64,000 nucleotides of DNA from positions 32,001-96,000 of the forward strand of contig CBDDBZ010000039.1 of NCBI GenBank assembly GCA_965225945.1. Reading direction: 5' to 3'. How positions within the stretch are numbered: position 1 is the first letter of the stretch; each line of letters begins with the position of its first letter. The notes under the pieces are model-generated. The model ran no database searches and was not told where the DNA came from. It saw nothing but the letters and a program-made list of their open reading frames with translations. This document shows, one piece after another, positions 41,445 through 51,652 of the stretch. A program made the position numbers and the translations under genes. Source of the DNA: Alphaproteobacteria bacterium (lineage in GTDB: Bacteria > Pseudomonadota > Alphaproteobacteria > GCA-2731375).

Positions 41445-42336
41445 GTCCCACGTGAAGACGTCCTTCGCTTCGCGTCACGTGTACTTCGCCACATTCTCGA
41501 AACCGCGATAATGCGGCCCGGGTCAGCTTGGGGCGGCTTGGGGCGTATTTCCAAGCCTGGCCCATGTTTAGCAGCCCGTTGAAAAAGGCGCCATTGACCG
41601 GGTTTCACTCCATGGCGAAGCATATCGCGGCGAAGGCGGTTTCGCCGTCCTCCGAGAAGGCCCGGCCGGTGACGGCAGGACCTTCTGGTTTTCGGGACGG
41701 GGCGAGTGGTGGGTGAGCGCGGGACCCGGCGGTGATCCCTGGATTTCGGCGTACGGGCGCTGCATTCGAGCCCCGCGACATGGCAAGGTGACGCCCGATC
41801 CGGCCCGTTCGCGGGCGAAAACGACGAGTCGGCGGCGGTATATCTTAAATTCGGAATATGAAGGTATCGATCAAAGCATTGAAATGAATTGGCTTTCTCG
41901 AGCCGCGTGCGGCCGGTGGGATTTCGTTCTGCAAATTCTTCGATTTTTCCATTTTATATCCAATATACCGTATTTGCAGTACTATTAATAAATGATCGAT
42001 TCTCTCACCCCCGCGATGCGCGCAATAGGGGTCAGCGGAAATGGGTGCCCCTTGATTGCTATACAAAATACAAGACTTGACCCCCGGCTTAGCGGGCGGC
42101 GGGCCGAGGTGGACTCGGACGACGCGCTGGCCGCCTCCATCGGCGATCTTGCACCGAGCCAGTTGGCCTGATCATCGATTTGCGACGACTATGGGGTTCC
42201 GGGGCGAAAGCCTGCCCGGGCACGACGAAGTCAAGATCACTGGTGCCGACCCGGCGCCGGCAACGGGGACGTGGACGCCTCGTAGGCGACAAGCCTGCAA
42301 ACCGCGCGGCACGGCACCGTCGCGACGTCCTCGATG

Positions 42337-43977
42337 CTAGCCGGAGCGTGACTCGTCGGTGACGTAGCCGTCCTCGAGATCAAGCTGGAAGGACGCGGGA
42401 TCGCGCCTGGCCGGATCGCCGTAACCACCGCCGCCCGGCGTCGCCATACTGACCGTATCGCCGTGCTGCAGCACGTACTGGCGCTTGGGATCGACCTTGG
42501 CGCCGTTGATCCTGAGCTCACCGGTGGCGCCTTCCTCGCCGCCCTTGATCCCGAAGGCCGGAATGACGGTGCGTTCCGCCAGGAAGGAAACCGCGATCGG
42601 GCTTTCGGATCGGCTTTCGAAGAAGATCTCCTGGCCGAGCCCGCCGCGATGCTGGCCTGGTCCGCCGGAATCCGTGCGCAGACGCTTGTGTCGGAACCTG
42701 AGCGGCGCGATCTGCTCCGACAGCTCGATCGAGGTCGAGGACACATTGCTCGGCCAACTAAGGCAATTGGCGCCGTCGCGACGGTGACTGGCACCCATGC
42801 CGCCGTTGTAAAAGAACATGTTGGCGTATGGCTTGCCGGCTTCGTTCACGCCGGATTGATTCATCCCCCACATCGGCGAGCCGCAGGCCGCCATGACCCG
42901 TTCCGGCACCACCCCGCCAAGGCAGCCGAATACGAGGACCGGCAGATAATGACCGATCAGCATGCGCGAGCCGCCAGGGGCCGGGAACACCGGATTGACG
43001 ATGCAGCCGTCGGGCCCGTGGACGGTAATCGGTAGGAAGGCGCCTTCGTTGTTCGGCAGATTGGGGCTGGTACAGCACTTCACCCCATAGACGGTCAGCG
43101 CATAAGTGTAGCACATCGCCACGTTGATCGCCCGGTCGACCTGCGGATCGGTGCCGGTATAGTCGATGTCGATCGAGTCGCCGGCCACGGTCAGCGTCAT
43201 CTCCAGGCGAATGGGCTTGTCCATCACCCCGTCGGTGTCGAGCCCGCTGCGATAGACCCCGTCCGGCAGCTCGGCGATGGCGGCGCGCATGGCCCGCTCC
43301 GAGCGGCCCTGGATTTCGCTGGCCAGGGGCGTGAGATCCTCGAGCTGGTAGGCTCGCATCAGGGCCAGCAAGCGCTGTTCCATGAGATCCAGGGCCACCA
43401 CCTGGGCCCAAAGGTCACCCATCGTCTGGTCGGGGGTCCGCACGTTCTTGCGCAGGAGCTTGACCAGGCTCTCGTCGGTCCGGCCCGCCGCCTGAAATTT
43501 CATGATCGGGATCTGGAAGCCCTCTTCGAACACCTCGCGCGGCTCGGGCGAGCGGATCTTGCCGCCGATATCCGGCGCGTGCGCCGTACTCGCCGAGAAC
43601 CCGATCAGCCTGTCCTCGACGAAGATCGGCTTGGCCACGGTGATGTCGGGCAGATGCCCGGTGCCCTGAAAAATGTCGTTGGTGATCAGCACATCGCCGG
43701 ACGCCAGGGTCTCCGGCGGGTAGGCCTCGATGAAATGCTTGACCGTCGCCGGGAGGGTGCCGATGAAGGAGGGGATGCTGCGCGTCGCCTGCACCAGCGA
43801 TCGGCCCTCGGCGTCGGTGATGATGCAGGAAAAGTCGTGCGACTCACGCACCAGCGTCGAGAACGACGTACGGATCAGGGCCGCGGCGGCCTCGTCGACG
43901 GCACAGATCAGCCGCGTCCACAAGATTTTGAGCGTGACCGAATCGAACCGGGATCGCATGGCTATCATCGCATTCAC
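42337..43977 (-). CDS. hydantoinase B/oxoprolinase family protein (second copy)
   Basis: RTSFSTLVRES.DF, GTGHLPD, HAPDIGG, TPGGGGYGDP. Confidence 0.9.
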   Translation of the reverse strand: MNAMIAMRSRFDSVTLKILWTRLICAVDEAAAALIRTSFSTLVRESHDFSCIITDAEGRSLVQATRSIPSFIGTLPATVKHFIEAYPPETLASGDVLITNDIFQGTGHLPDITVAKPIFVEDRLIGFSASTAHAPDIGGKIRSPEPREVFEEGFQIPIMKFQAAGRTDESLVKLLRKNVRTPDQTMGDLWAQVVALDLMEQRLLALMRAYQLEDLTPLASEIQGRSERAMRAAIAELPDGVYRSGLDTDGVMDKPIRLEMTLTVAGDSIDIDYTGTDPQVDRAINVAMCYTYALTVYGVKCCTSPNLPNNEGAFLPITVHGPDGCIVNPVFPAPGGSRMLIGHYLPVLVFGCLGGVVPERVMAACGSPMWGMNQSGVNEAGKPYANMFFYNGGMGASHRRDGANCLSWPSNVSSTSIELSEQIAPLRFRHKRLRTDSGGPGQHRGGLGQEIFFESRSESPIAVSFLAERTVIPAFGIKGGEEGATGELRINGAKVDPKRQYVLQHGDTVSMATPGGGGYGDPARRDPASFQLDLEDGYVTDESRSG

Positions 43978-44154
43978 TCTACTTCCGCCGCTGGCGCCTC
44001 CCAGGGCAATCGCGTGAACGCGATTGCCCTGGATTCTTCTTGTTCCCTCACACGCCGGGCGCGCGCAATCGGGCGCTCGGGCGCTGCTCGCATGGGCTCG
44101 CGGGGCCTCAATGGCCCATTCGCGGCGGTCGACGCAGGTTCAAGGCCGTGTCCA

Positions 44155-46263
44155 TCACTTCTGGCGATTGCCCTGTGGCGCCTCCGAAGGCAGGGTGACG
44201 ACGATGCTGCCATCCGGCAGGATATGGCAGACCGCGCCCGGACCCACGATCAGCGTCGACTCGTTCTCCTCGAACACGGCCGGGCCCTCGACGACCGTCC
44301 CCGCCGGCATCAGGTAGCGATCGTAAATCGTGCTCTCGAGCATGCCGCCGGCTTCGGCGAAATAGACCTGACGGCTACCCTTGAAGGCGTCGCGCCCCGT
44401 GCCGGCGGGGCCCGCGAAGCCGATCTCGGCCAGGTCCACCGGCGCCGAGACCGAGACCCTGAGATTGATAATCTGAATGGCCACATCGGGCGGCGTGCGC
44501 GAGAACAGCTGGCGGTAGAGCGTCTCGAATGCCGCGGTGAGGGCGGGCTCGAAATCGGCGCCGTAAGGTCCCTCGGACAAGGGAACGGCGATCTCCGAGC
44601 CCTGGCCGACATACCGCATGTCGGCGAGCCGGCGCACGCCGAGCGCCGTAAGATCCGCGCCGGTGTCGGCCAGCACGGCCCGCGCATCCGCTTCGAGCTT
44701 TTGGTAGAGCGCTTCGAAAGCTGGCCAGTCGAGCGCATCGAGCCGCTGCACCATGGAGGCGACGCGGTCGATACGAGCCGGCGCCATCAAGAGCCCGATG
44801 GTAGAGCCGACGCCCGCCGCCGGCGGGCAGACCAGCGTGCGCAGGTTCAGCTTGGCCGCGACGTGATAGGCGTGCACCGGTCCGGCGCCACCGGTCGCCA
44901 GCATGGCATGGCCGCGCGGCTCACGGCCGCGTTCGGTGATGTGCACGCGGGCGGCACTCGCCATGTTCTCGTTGACCACGTCGTGCACACCCCAGGCTGT
45001 CTCGAGCGGCGTGAGACCGGTCGCGGCGCTGAGATTTTCGATGGCGCGCTCGGCCGCGCCCTGGTCGATCGTCATGCCGCCGCCGAGAAAGAAATCGGCG
45101 TTGAGATAGCCCAACAGCAGGTCGGCGTCGGTTACCGTCGGGGCGCCACCGCCGCGGCCATAGCAGGCAGGGCCCGGCTCGGCCCCGGAGCTTTCGGGTC
45201 CGACCTTGAGCAGACCGAGTTCGTCGACATAGGCAATCGAGCCGCCGCCGGCACCGATCTCAATCAACTCGATGCTGGAAATCTTGATCGGTAAGCCGCT
45301 GCCTTCCATGAAACGCTTGGCGCGTGCCGCTTCGAAATTGTAGGCGATCAGCGGCTCACCACCATCGACGAGACTGAGCTTGGCGGTGGTCCCGCCCATG
45401 TCGAAGGCGAGCAACTCATCTTCACCGATTTTGCGGCCGAAATAGGCGGCGGCAAGAGCGCCGGCGGCCGGCCCCGATTCGAGCAGGTGGACCGGGCTGC
45501 GCTTGGCTTCCTCGATATGAGTGAGGCCGCCATTGGACAGCATCAGAAAGAATTGGCTTTCGATGCCGAGCCCGTGGATTTCGCCGGCAAGTCGGTCGAG
45601 GTAGCTGCGCGCCAGAGGTTTGACATAGGCGTTCGCGACGGCGGTCGAGGCGCGCTCATACTCGCGGATCTCGGGCGCGACGTCACAGGACGCCGTGAGC
45701 AGGAGATCGGGGTATCTAGCCGCGATGCTCTCGAGCGCCGCGTGTTCGTGAATCGGATTGGCGTAGGCATGCAGGAACACGACGGCGATCGAGGTCACGC
45801 CATTCGCAACCAGATCGTCGACCTCGCGCATTAGCGCTACCCGGTCGAGTGCAACCTCTATGTCACCGGCCGGCGCCATACGTTCCGGCACCTCGCGGCG
45901 CAGTCGCCGCGGTACCAGCGGAGTCGGTGTCTCTATGAAAATGTCGTAGAGTTCGTATTTGCGCTCCCGCTGGATCTCGAGCACGTCGCGAAAGCCGTCT
46001 GTCGTGATCAACGCCGTCTTCGCGCCTTTGCGCTCGATCATCGCGTTGGTGAAGAGTGTGGTCGCGTGCACGATGCGGCCAATGGTTCGAGGTTCGATCG
46101 ATTCGCGTGCCAACAGGGACTTGATGCCGACGATCACACCGCGTGCGGGGTCGTCGGGCGTGGTCGATTCCTTAGCGATGAAGATCCGTCCCAACGCCGG
46201 ATCGTGGACGACGAGGTCCGTGAAGGTACCGCCGATGTCGATGCCTAACGAAAGAGCGGTCAA
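44155..46263 (-). CDS. hydantoinase A/oxoprolinase family protein (second copy)
   Basis: GIDIGGTFTD, HATT..TNA, ESGPAAG, DMGGTT, PGPACYG; TTG start with ggaga RBS. Confidence 0.9.
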   Translation of the reverse strand: MTALSLGIDIGGTFTDLVVHDPALGRIFIAKESTTPDDPARGVIVGIKSLLARESIEPRTIGRIVHATTLFTNAMIERKGAKTALITTDGFRDVLEIQRERKYELYDIFIETPTPLVPRRLRREVPERMAPAGDIEVALDRVALMREVDDLVANGVTSIAVVFLHAYANPIHEHAALESIAARYPDLLLTASCDVAPEIREYERASTAVANAYVKPLARSYLDRLAGEIHGLGIESQFFLMLSNGGLTHIEEAKRSPVHLLESGPAAGALAAAYFGRKIGEDELLAFDMGGTTAKLSLVDGGEPLIAYNFEAARAKRFMEGSGLPIKISSIELIEIGAGGGSIAYVDELGLLKVGPESSGAEPGPACYGRGGGAPTVTDADLLLGYLNADFFLGGGMTIDQGAAERAIENLSAATGLTPLETAWGVHDVVNENMASAARVHITERGREPRGHAMLATGGAGPVHAYHVAAKLNLRTLVCPPAAGVGSTIGLLMAPARIDRVASMVQRLDALDWPAFEALYQKLEADARAVLADTGADLTALGVRRLADMRYVGQGSEIAVPLSEGPYGADFEPALTAAFETLYRQLFSRTPPDVAIQIINLRVSVSAPVDLAEIGFAGPAGTGRDAFKGSRQVYFAEAGGMLESTIYDRYLMPAGTVVEGPAVFEENESTLIVGPGAVCHILPDGSIVVTLPSEAPQGNRQK

Positions 46264-46308
46264 ATACCTGTCTCCACGACGGATCAAAACTCGATTGCGC
46301 CAGCAAAG

Positions 46309-46363
46309 CCGTGGTTCCTGAAAACCTCGTCTGTCGCGGAAGTCCTGGCCTTTCTAGCCTCGG
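46309..46363 (+). repeat. 55-bp dispersed repeat, IS-end-like (other copies at 62085 and 62135)
   Basis: 49 of 55 nt identical to 62135-62189. Confidence 0.8.
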
Positions 46364-46399
46364 ACGCCTCCTCCTCGGCTCAGTGACCCCGGTCACTAT

Positions 46400-46529
46400 A
46401 GGGCGCGCGGGCGGCCGCGGCCAGGTTGGGCAGATAGGCTGCCGCGCTGGCGCCCTCGAGCGCCTCCTCGACGACCTCGCGACCTGGCGTGCCGGGATCG
46501 AAGGTCAGGACCAAGGTTTCCGCCGCCAT
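46400..46529 (-). pseudogene. truncated N-terminal gene fragment (2-hydroxyacid dehydrogenase-like)
   Basis: RBS gaggtgg plus MAAETLVLTFDPGTPGREVVEEALEGASAAAYLPNL, ending close to the repeat; family call is from memory. Confidence 0.4.
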
Positions 46530-46763
46530 GCCCACCTCGCTCGAAAGGACTCGCGACGCGCCGCGAGCGGCCCCTGCCGTTTCGAATTCGCAAAGCTCGA
46601 AGCTTTGAAGCCTGCCAAGAGAACCATCGGGCAATCCGCGACCGCTTTCCAATCCGCCGCGACGGCGCGATACTCGACCCGACGACGTCAACGACAGAGT
46701 GCGGGTCTCGGGTCGGCGAGGCTGCGCTTGACAAGGGTCCGGGACGCCACGGGAGGGTGGGAC

Positions 46764-47747
46764 ATGATGCTAACGCAAGAGATCGCCAAAAAGATGTACC
46801 TCGATATGTGGCGGATTCGCCTGTTCGAAGAGGAAGCCAACCGCCAGACCTCTCTGGGCTCGGTGCAGGGCGCGCTGCACATGTACTGCGGCGAGGAGGG
46901 CGTGGCGGTCGGCGTCTGCAGCCAGCTCAGGGACGACGACTACATCACCGGCACCCATCGCAGCCACGGCCACTGCCTGGCCAAGGGGACCTCGATGGAC
47001 GCCATGATGGCCGAGCTCTTCGGCAAGGCAACGGGCAGTTGCTCGGGCAAGGGCGGCTCGATGCACATCGCCGACCTCTCGCTCAACATCCTCGGCGCCA
47101 ACGGCATCGTCGCCGGCGGCCTGGGCCCGGCAACCGGCGCCGGACTCGCCAGCAAGATCCGCGGCACCGATCAGGTCTCGGTCTGTTTCTTCGGCGATGG
47201 TGCCGCCGCCCGCGGCCCCTTCCACGAGGCCATTTTGATGGGCTCGCTCTGGAAGCTGCCGGTGCTCTATGTCTGCGAGAACAATCAGTACCAGCAATGG
47301 GTGCCGCGCAAGAATGTCGCCGTCGTCGACTCGGTGGCCGACATGGCGCCTTCCTATTCGATCCCCGGCGTATCGGTCGACGGGCAGAACATCATCGAAG
47401 TCTACGAGGCCGCTGGCGAGGCCATCGAGCGGGCCCGTCGTGGCGACGGCCCGACCCTGATCGAGGCCCGGACCTACCGCTTTTTCGGCCACAGCCTCGG
47501 CGACCGCGAGGAATACCGCAGCCGCGAGGAAGTCGAGGACTGGCGCGAGAACCGCGACCCGATCAAGCTGTTCCGCGCCCATATGGCGGAGCGCCAATGG
47601 CTCGGCGAGAGGGAAGCGGAGGAGATCGAGGCGGCGGCCAAGGCGGAGGTCACGGCTTCCGTCGGCTTTGCCGAGGAGAGCCCCTATCCCACTCCGGACG
47701 CGGCACTGACCGACGTCCTAGCGAGCACCGAGGGAGCCCGGCCATGA
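46764..47747 (+). CDS. TPP-dependent 2-oxoacid/acetoin dehydrogenase E1 alpha
   Basis: THRSHGH, GKGGSMH, FFGDGA, ENNQY, TYRFFGHS. Confidence 0.93.
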   Translation: MMLTQEIAKKMYLDMWRIRLFEEEANRQTSLGSVQGALHMYCGEEGVAVGVCSQLRDDDYITGTHRSHGHCLAKGTSMDAMMAELFGKATGSCSGKGGSMHIADLSLNILGANGIVAGGLGPATGAGLASKIRGTDQVSVCFFGDGAAARGPFHEAILMGSLWKLPVLYVCENNQYQQWVPRKNVAVVDSVADMAPSYSIPGVSVDGQNIIEVYEAAGEAIERARRGDGPTLIEARTYRFFGHSLGDREEYRSREEVEDWRENRDPIKLFRAHMAERQWLGEREAEEIEAAAKAEVTASVGFAEESPYPTPDAALTDVLASTEGARP

Positions 47748-48715
47748 GGACGATCAGCTTCCGCGACGCGTTGCGCGAGGCCCTGCACGAGGAGATGGCG
47801 CGCGACGACGAGGTCTTCGTCATCGGCGAGGACGTAATCATGCATGGCGGCCCCTACGCCGTTACCGAAGGGATCAACGAGCGCTTCCCCGGCCGCATCT
47901 TCGAGACCCCGATCGCTGAAGCCGGCATTGTCGGCATCGGCGTCGGCGCGGCGATGGCCGGGATGCGGCCGGTGGTCGAGCTGATGTATCTCGACTTCGT
48001 CACCTGCGCCATGGACGAGGTGGTCAACCAGGCCGCCAAGATGCGCTACATGACCGGCGGCCAGGCCAGCGTGCCGCTCACCATTCGGCTGCCCTGCGGC
48101 CACGGCCGCCTGCTGGCTGCGCAGCATTCGCAGATCATGGAGTCCTGGTTCATGCACGTCCCCGGCCTGCAGGTCGTGGTGCCGACGACGCCCAGGGACG
48201 TCAAGGGCCTGTTCAAGTCGGCCGTGCGCTCCCCCGACCCGGTCCTGTTCTTCGAATACAAGCGCATCTACACCGTCGAGGGCGAAGTGCCGGAGGACGA
48301 CTACACCATTCCTTTCGGCCAGGCCGATATCAAGCGCGAGGGCGAGGACGTCACCGTCGTCGCCATCGGCCCGATGGTGCACAAGGCGCTCGAGGCCGGG
48401 ATCCTGCTCGAGGACGACGGCTACGACATCGAGGTGGTCGATCCCAGGACGCTGTCGCCGCTCGACACGGCGACGATCTGCGAGTCCGTCAGTCGCACCG
48501 GCCGCGTTGTCATCTGCGAAGAGGATTCGAGCTTCGCCGGCAGCGGCGCCGAGATCGCCGCCATGATCGCCGACAAGTGCTTCTCGGACCTGAAGGCGCC
48601 GGTCAAGCGGGTCGGCCTGCCGCACGTGCCGATGCCGTTCAGCGCCGGCCTCGTCGAGCATGTCATCCCGGACGTGCCACAGATCGTCGCGGCGGTGCGC
48701 GGCGTCATGGCTTAG
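47744..48715 (+). CDS. 2-oxoacid/acetoin dehydrogenase E1 beta
   Basis: GEDV, TPIAEAGI, AAQHSQ, EVVDPRTL.PLD. Confidence 0.93.
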   Translation: MRTISFRDALREALHEEMARDDEVFVIGEDVIMHGGPYAVTEGINERFPGRIFETPIAEAGIVGIGVGAAMAGMRPVVELMYLDFVTCAMDEVVNQAAKMRYMTGGQASVPLTIRLPCGHGRLLAAQHSQIMESWFMHVPGLQVVVPTTPRDVKGLFKSAVRSPDPVLFFEYKRIYTVEGEVPEDDYTIPFGQADIKREGEDVTVVAIGPMVHKALEAGILLEDDGYDIEVVDPRTLSPLDTATICESVSRTGRVVICEEDSSFAGSGAEIAAMIADKCFSDLKAPVKRVGLPHVPMPFSAGLVEHVIPDVPQIVAAVRGVMA

Positions 48716-48732
48716 GGCCCGGGAGACGATAG

Positions 48733-49878
48733 ATGGCAGTGCAGTTTCGTCTGGCCGCGCTGGGCCACACCATGGAGAAGGGCCGGATCGTCGAGTGGTT
48801 CGTGGCCGAAGGCGCCACGGTGAAGGAGGGCGAGCCGCTCCTGGCGGTGGAAACCGACAAGGCCACGGTCGACGTCGATTCGCCGGTCGAGGGCGTGATC
48901 TTGCGCCTCGTCGGCGAGGTCGACGTGGAATACCCCGTCGGCACCACGCTGGCCTGGATCGGCGACGCCGGCGAGGAGATCCCGGACGCGCCGGAGGCAC
49001 CGGCGCCCGCGCCGGCGAGCGCCCCGGCCAACCGCGTGACGCCGGTCGCCCGCCGCCTGGCCGAACGCCACGGCATCGACGCCGACGGGCTCCAGGGCAC
49101 CGGACCCGACGGTCGGGTCACCAAGGAGGACGTGCAGCGCGCCATCGAATCCGGCGCGCCGGCGGTCGCGAACGACACGAGCGGGGACGGCATCGCGCGC
49201 GCGCCCCTGACCGGCATCCGTCGCACCGCGGCGGAGCGGCTCTCCGCCAGTTGGCGCGAGACGCCGCAGGTGACCGAGGGGATCGAGGTCGACTTCACCG
49301 ACTGCCTGGCGCTCAGAGCCGAGAAGATGCCGGTATGGCGCGAAGCCTACGGCGTCGAGCCGACCATCAACGATGTCGTCCTGCAGGCCGCGACCGAGGC
49401 GCTCAAGGCCCACATGGCGCTCAACGCCGCCTATGTCGACGGCGCCATAGTGCAATATCCGGAGATCAACCTGGGGGTCGCCGTCGAGGTCGAGGACGGC
49501 CTGATCGTGCCGGTGATCCATGGCGCCGGCGAGATCAACATCGGCGAGCTCGCCGAGGCCGTCATCGGCATTGCCGAGCGCGCCCGCGCGGGCAAGCTCG
49601 GACTGGCCGAACTCGAAGGCGGCACCTTTACGGTCACCAACCTCGGCGGCCTCGGCATCGACTGGTTCACACCGGTCTTGAACCCGCCCCAGTGCGCCAT
49701 TCTGGGCATCGGACGGGTGCGCCGGGTACCGGCGGTGGTCGACGATGGGATCGCCGTGCGCGAGCATGCCAATCTGGTGCTGACCTTCGACCACCGCGTC
49801 GTCGATGGTGCCCCTTGCGCGCGCTATCTCGCTCACCTGAAGGCGCTGATCGAGAGCCCGGCGGCCTGGCTGGCCTAG
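48733..49878 (+). CDS. dihydrolipoamide acyltransferase E2
   Basis: Lipoyl motif VETDKA, E3-binding GTGPDGRVTKED, catalytic DHRVVDG. Confidence 0.93.
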   Translation: MAVQFRLAALGHTMEKGRIVEWFVAEGATVKEGEPLLAVETDKATVDVDSPVEGVILRLVGEVDVEYPVGTTLAWIGDAGEEIPDAPEAPAPAPASAPANRVTPVARRLAERHGIDADGLQGTGPDGRVTKEDVQRAIESGAPAVANDTSGDGIARAPLTGIRRTAAERLSASWRETPQVTEGIEVDFTDCLALRAEKMPVWREAYGVEPTINDVVLQAATEALKAHMALNAAYVDGAIVQYPEINLGVAVEVEDGLIVPVIHGAGEINIGELAEAVIGIAERARAGKLGLAELEGGTFTVTNLGGLGIDWFTPVLNPPQCAILGIGRVRRVPAVVDDGIAVREHANLVLTFDHRVVDGAPCARYLAHLKALIESPAAWLA

Positions 49879-49912
49879 CCGGACGAGACGCAGGTCCGCC
49901 ATTGGATCCGCC

Positions 49913-50098
49913 ATGATCGCGATTTCCGGTCATTGCCTGGCGTCGTTCGAGCCGGTCCGCGACGCCTTGGCCGCCATTCTGCGTGACGCCTATGTGATCG
50001 GCGAGGCCGTTGCCGTCAGGGTCGATGGTGAGTTGGTGATCTGTCACGACCCTGAACTCTGGGACAACTGGAAACCCTCCCCACATTTCTACGCCTGA
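49913..50098 (+). pseudogene. N-terminal fragment of a beta-lactamase-fold serine hydrolase/esterase
   Basis: ISGHC..SFEPVRDA...IGEAVAVRVDGELV resembles EstA-type N-termini, then similarity and GC content drop abruptly near 50040. Confidence 0.5.
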
Positions 50099-50183
50099 AC
50101 AGTGCCGGACTTATTCATTTGCCATCGCTTCGAATACACGCCAAAGCTTAACGCCGTGTATTTCCAGGGAGAGCAATCCCTTT

Positions 50184-51208
50184 GGCTCAATTCGTGAATT
50201 GTATGCATTAGTGATAGAGTGCCTGGAACGTCAGGAGGTTGGGTTATGGACGGCAAGGGTTTCCAGGTGTGGCTTTCGGCGGCGCGCGGGCTGACGCGCG
50301 CGCAGCGGCGCGAGGCGCTCGCGGTGCTGTCGGGCCGGAGCGAGGGCGAGGCATCGAAGGCCGCGATCGAGCTTGGTGTGGACGAGGCCCGGCGCTGTCC
50401 GCACTGCGCGAGCGAAGGGGCGGTTTCGCGCGGTATGGCGCGGGGTCTGCGGCGCTACCAGTGCAAGGGCTGCGGCAGGACCTTCAACGCGCTGAGCGGT
50501 ACGCCGCTGTCGGGCTTGCACCACAAGGAACGCTGGCTGTCGTTCGGGGCGTCGCTGGCGAAGGGGGAGACGGTGAAGGCGTCGGCGGCGCGCTGCGACG
50601 TGGCGGTGAGCACGGCGTTCCGCTGGCGTCACCGGTTTCTGGCGGCGGCGCGGAGCGATTCGGAGGTGCTCAAGGGGATCGTGGAAGCGGACGAGACCTA
50701 CGTCCTGGAGAGCCGGAAGGGCGCGCGCGGGCTGGGGCGCAAGGCACGGCGGCGGGGCGGCAAGGCGAAGAAGCGCGGCCTCTCGCGCGAGCAGGTACCG
50801 GTTCTCATGGCGGCGGACCGGAGCGGAACGACGGTCAGCGCGGTGCTGCCCAGGGTCGATGCGGCGGCGCTCACGGCTGCCCTCGACCCGGTGGTCGCGA
50901 AGGACGCCCTGCTGGTCTCCGACGGCGGCGCGAGCTACCCACCGTGCGCCGCCGCGCTCGGGGTGAGCCACGAAGCACTCAACCGCTCGATGGGGGAACG
51001 GGTTCGGGGCGATCTGCATGTGCAGACGGTGAACAGCCGCCACAGCCGGTTGAAGGACTTCCTGCGTCCCCGCCGCGGCATCGCCACCCGCTATCTGGAC
51101 AACTACCTGAGCTGGTTCCACCTCGTCGGCCTCGCCCCCGGCGCCAATGACCGAGCCTGCCTCGCCGCCGCCGTAACAAGGTGACGCATACAATTCACGA
51201 ATTGAGCC
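50184..51208 (+). mobile_element. IS1595-family insertion sequence (1025 bp)
   Basis: Perfect 23-bp IRs ggctcaattcgtgaattgtatgc; 8-bp TSD atcccttt at 50176-50183 and 51209-51216. Confidence 0.96.
50246..51184 (+). CDS. IS1595 transposase
   Basis: CPHC...RYQCKGC Zn ribbon, AFRWRHRFL, VEADETY, SDG, HVQTVN, GIATRYLDNYL.W. Confidence 0.95.
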   Translation: MDGKGFQVWLSAARGLTRAQRREALAVLSGRSEGEASKAAIELGVDEARRCPHCASEGAVSRGMARGLRRYQCKGCGRTFNALSGTPLSGLHHKERWLSFGASLAKGETVKASAARCDVAVSTAFRWRHRFLAAARSDSEVLKGIVEADETYVLESRKGARGLGRKARRRGGKAKKRGLSREQVPVLMAADRSGTTVSAVLPRVDAAALTAALDPVVAKDALLVSDGGASYPPCAAALGVSHEALNRSMGERVRGDLHVQTVNSRHSRLKDFLRPRRGIATRYLDNYLSWFHLVGLAPGANDRACLAAAVTR

Positions 51209-51612
51209 ATCCCTTTTGCACCATCGGCAGCGTCCCGAGCCTCTCTTTGACCTCGTTCTCGCTGGTGGCCTCAACCACAATGACGCCACCTGTGCCGTCC
51301 GTGCGGTTGTAAATTTCTCTGATAAAATCCTCAGCCATTAGCTTGAGCGCCTGCTTCCCTTCTGATTCCAACAGGTCATCCGTTAGCTGAGGACGAGTTT
51401 GGGCTACGCGTCGCTATCACGAAGAATCTCATCAACTCTCTCCTTTCGAAGGGCGACACTGAGGCAAAATCACGCCATCTTCCGACCGACGTTACCCGAC
51501 TACGTCAGCGGCCACGACCGCTACCCATCGCCGTTGTATCCTTTCCGACACGACAAGAGTGTAGCGGTGCCCCCGAGCCCTCGGAACAGCAGATCGGACG
51601 GAATATGCCGAT

Positions 51613-51652
51613 GCATTAGAGGTCAGGGGTTCGATTCCCCTCGGCTCCACCA
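51613..51652 (+). other. 3' half of tRNA-Ala, probable att-site remnant
   Basis: aggtcaggggttcgattcccctcggctccacca (T-arm, acceptor 3' strand, CCA); no matching 5' half or D-arm upstream. Confidence 0.75.

Larger units (their letters stand above)
50111..51432 (-). pseudogene. small muconolactone-isomerase-like (dimeric alpha/beta barrel) gene, split by IS1595 and frameshifted near 51385
   Basis: RBS aaggag plus MRFFVIATRS; FIREIYNRTDGTGGVIVVEA...LPMVQKG-LLSLEIHG...ANE* after removing the IS. Confidence 0.6.

Noticed and set aside
51560-51652. Complete tRNA or tmRNA gene
   Set aside because: Only the T-arm and acceptor 3' strand are present; no complementary 5' strand, D-arm or tag reading frame is seen.
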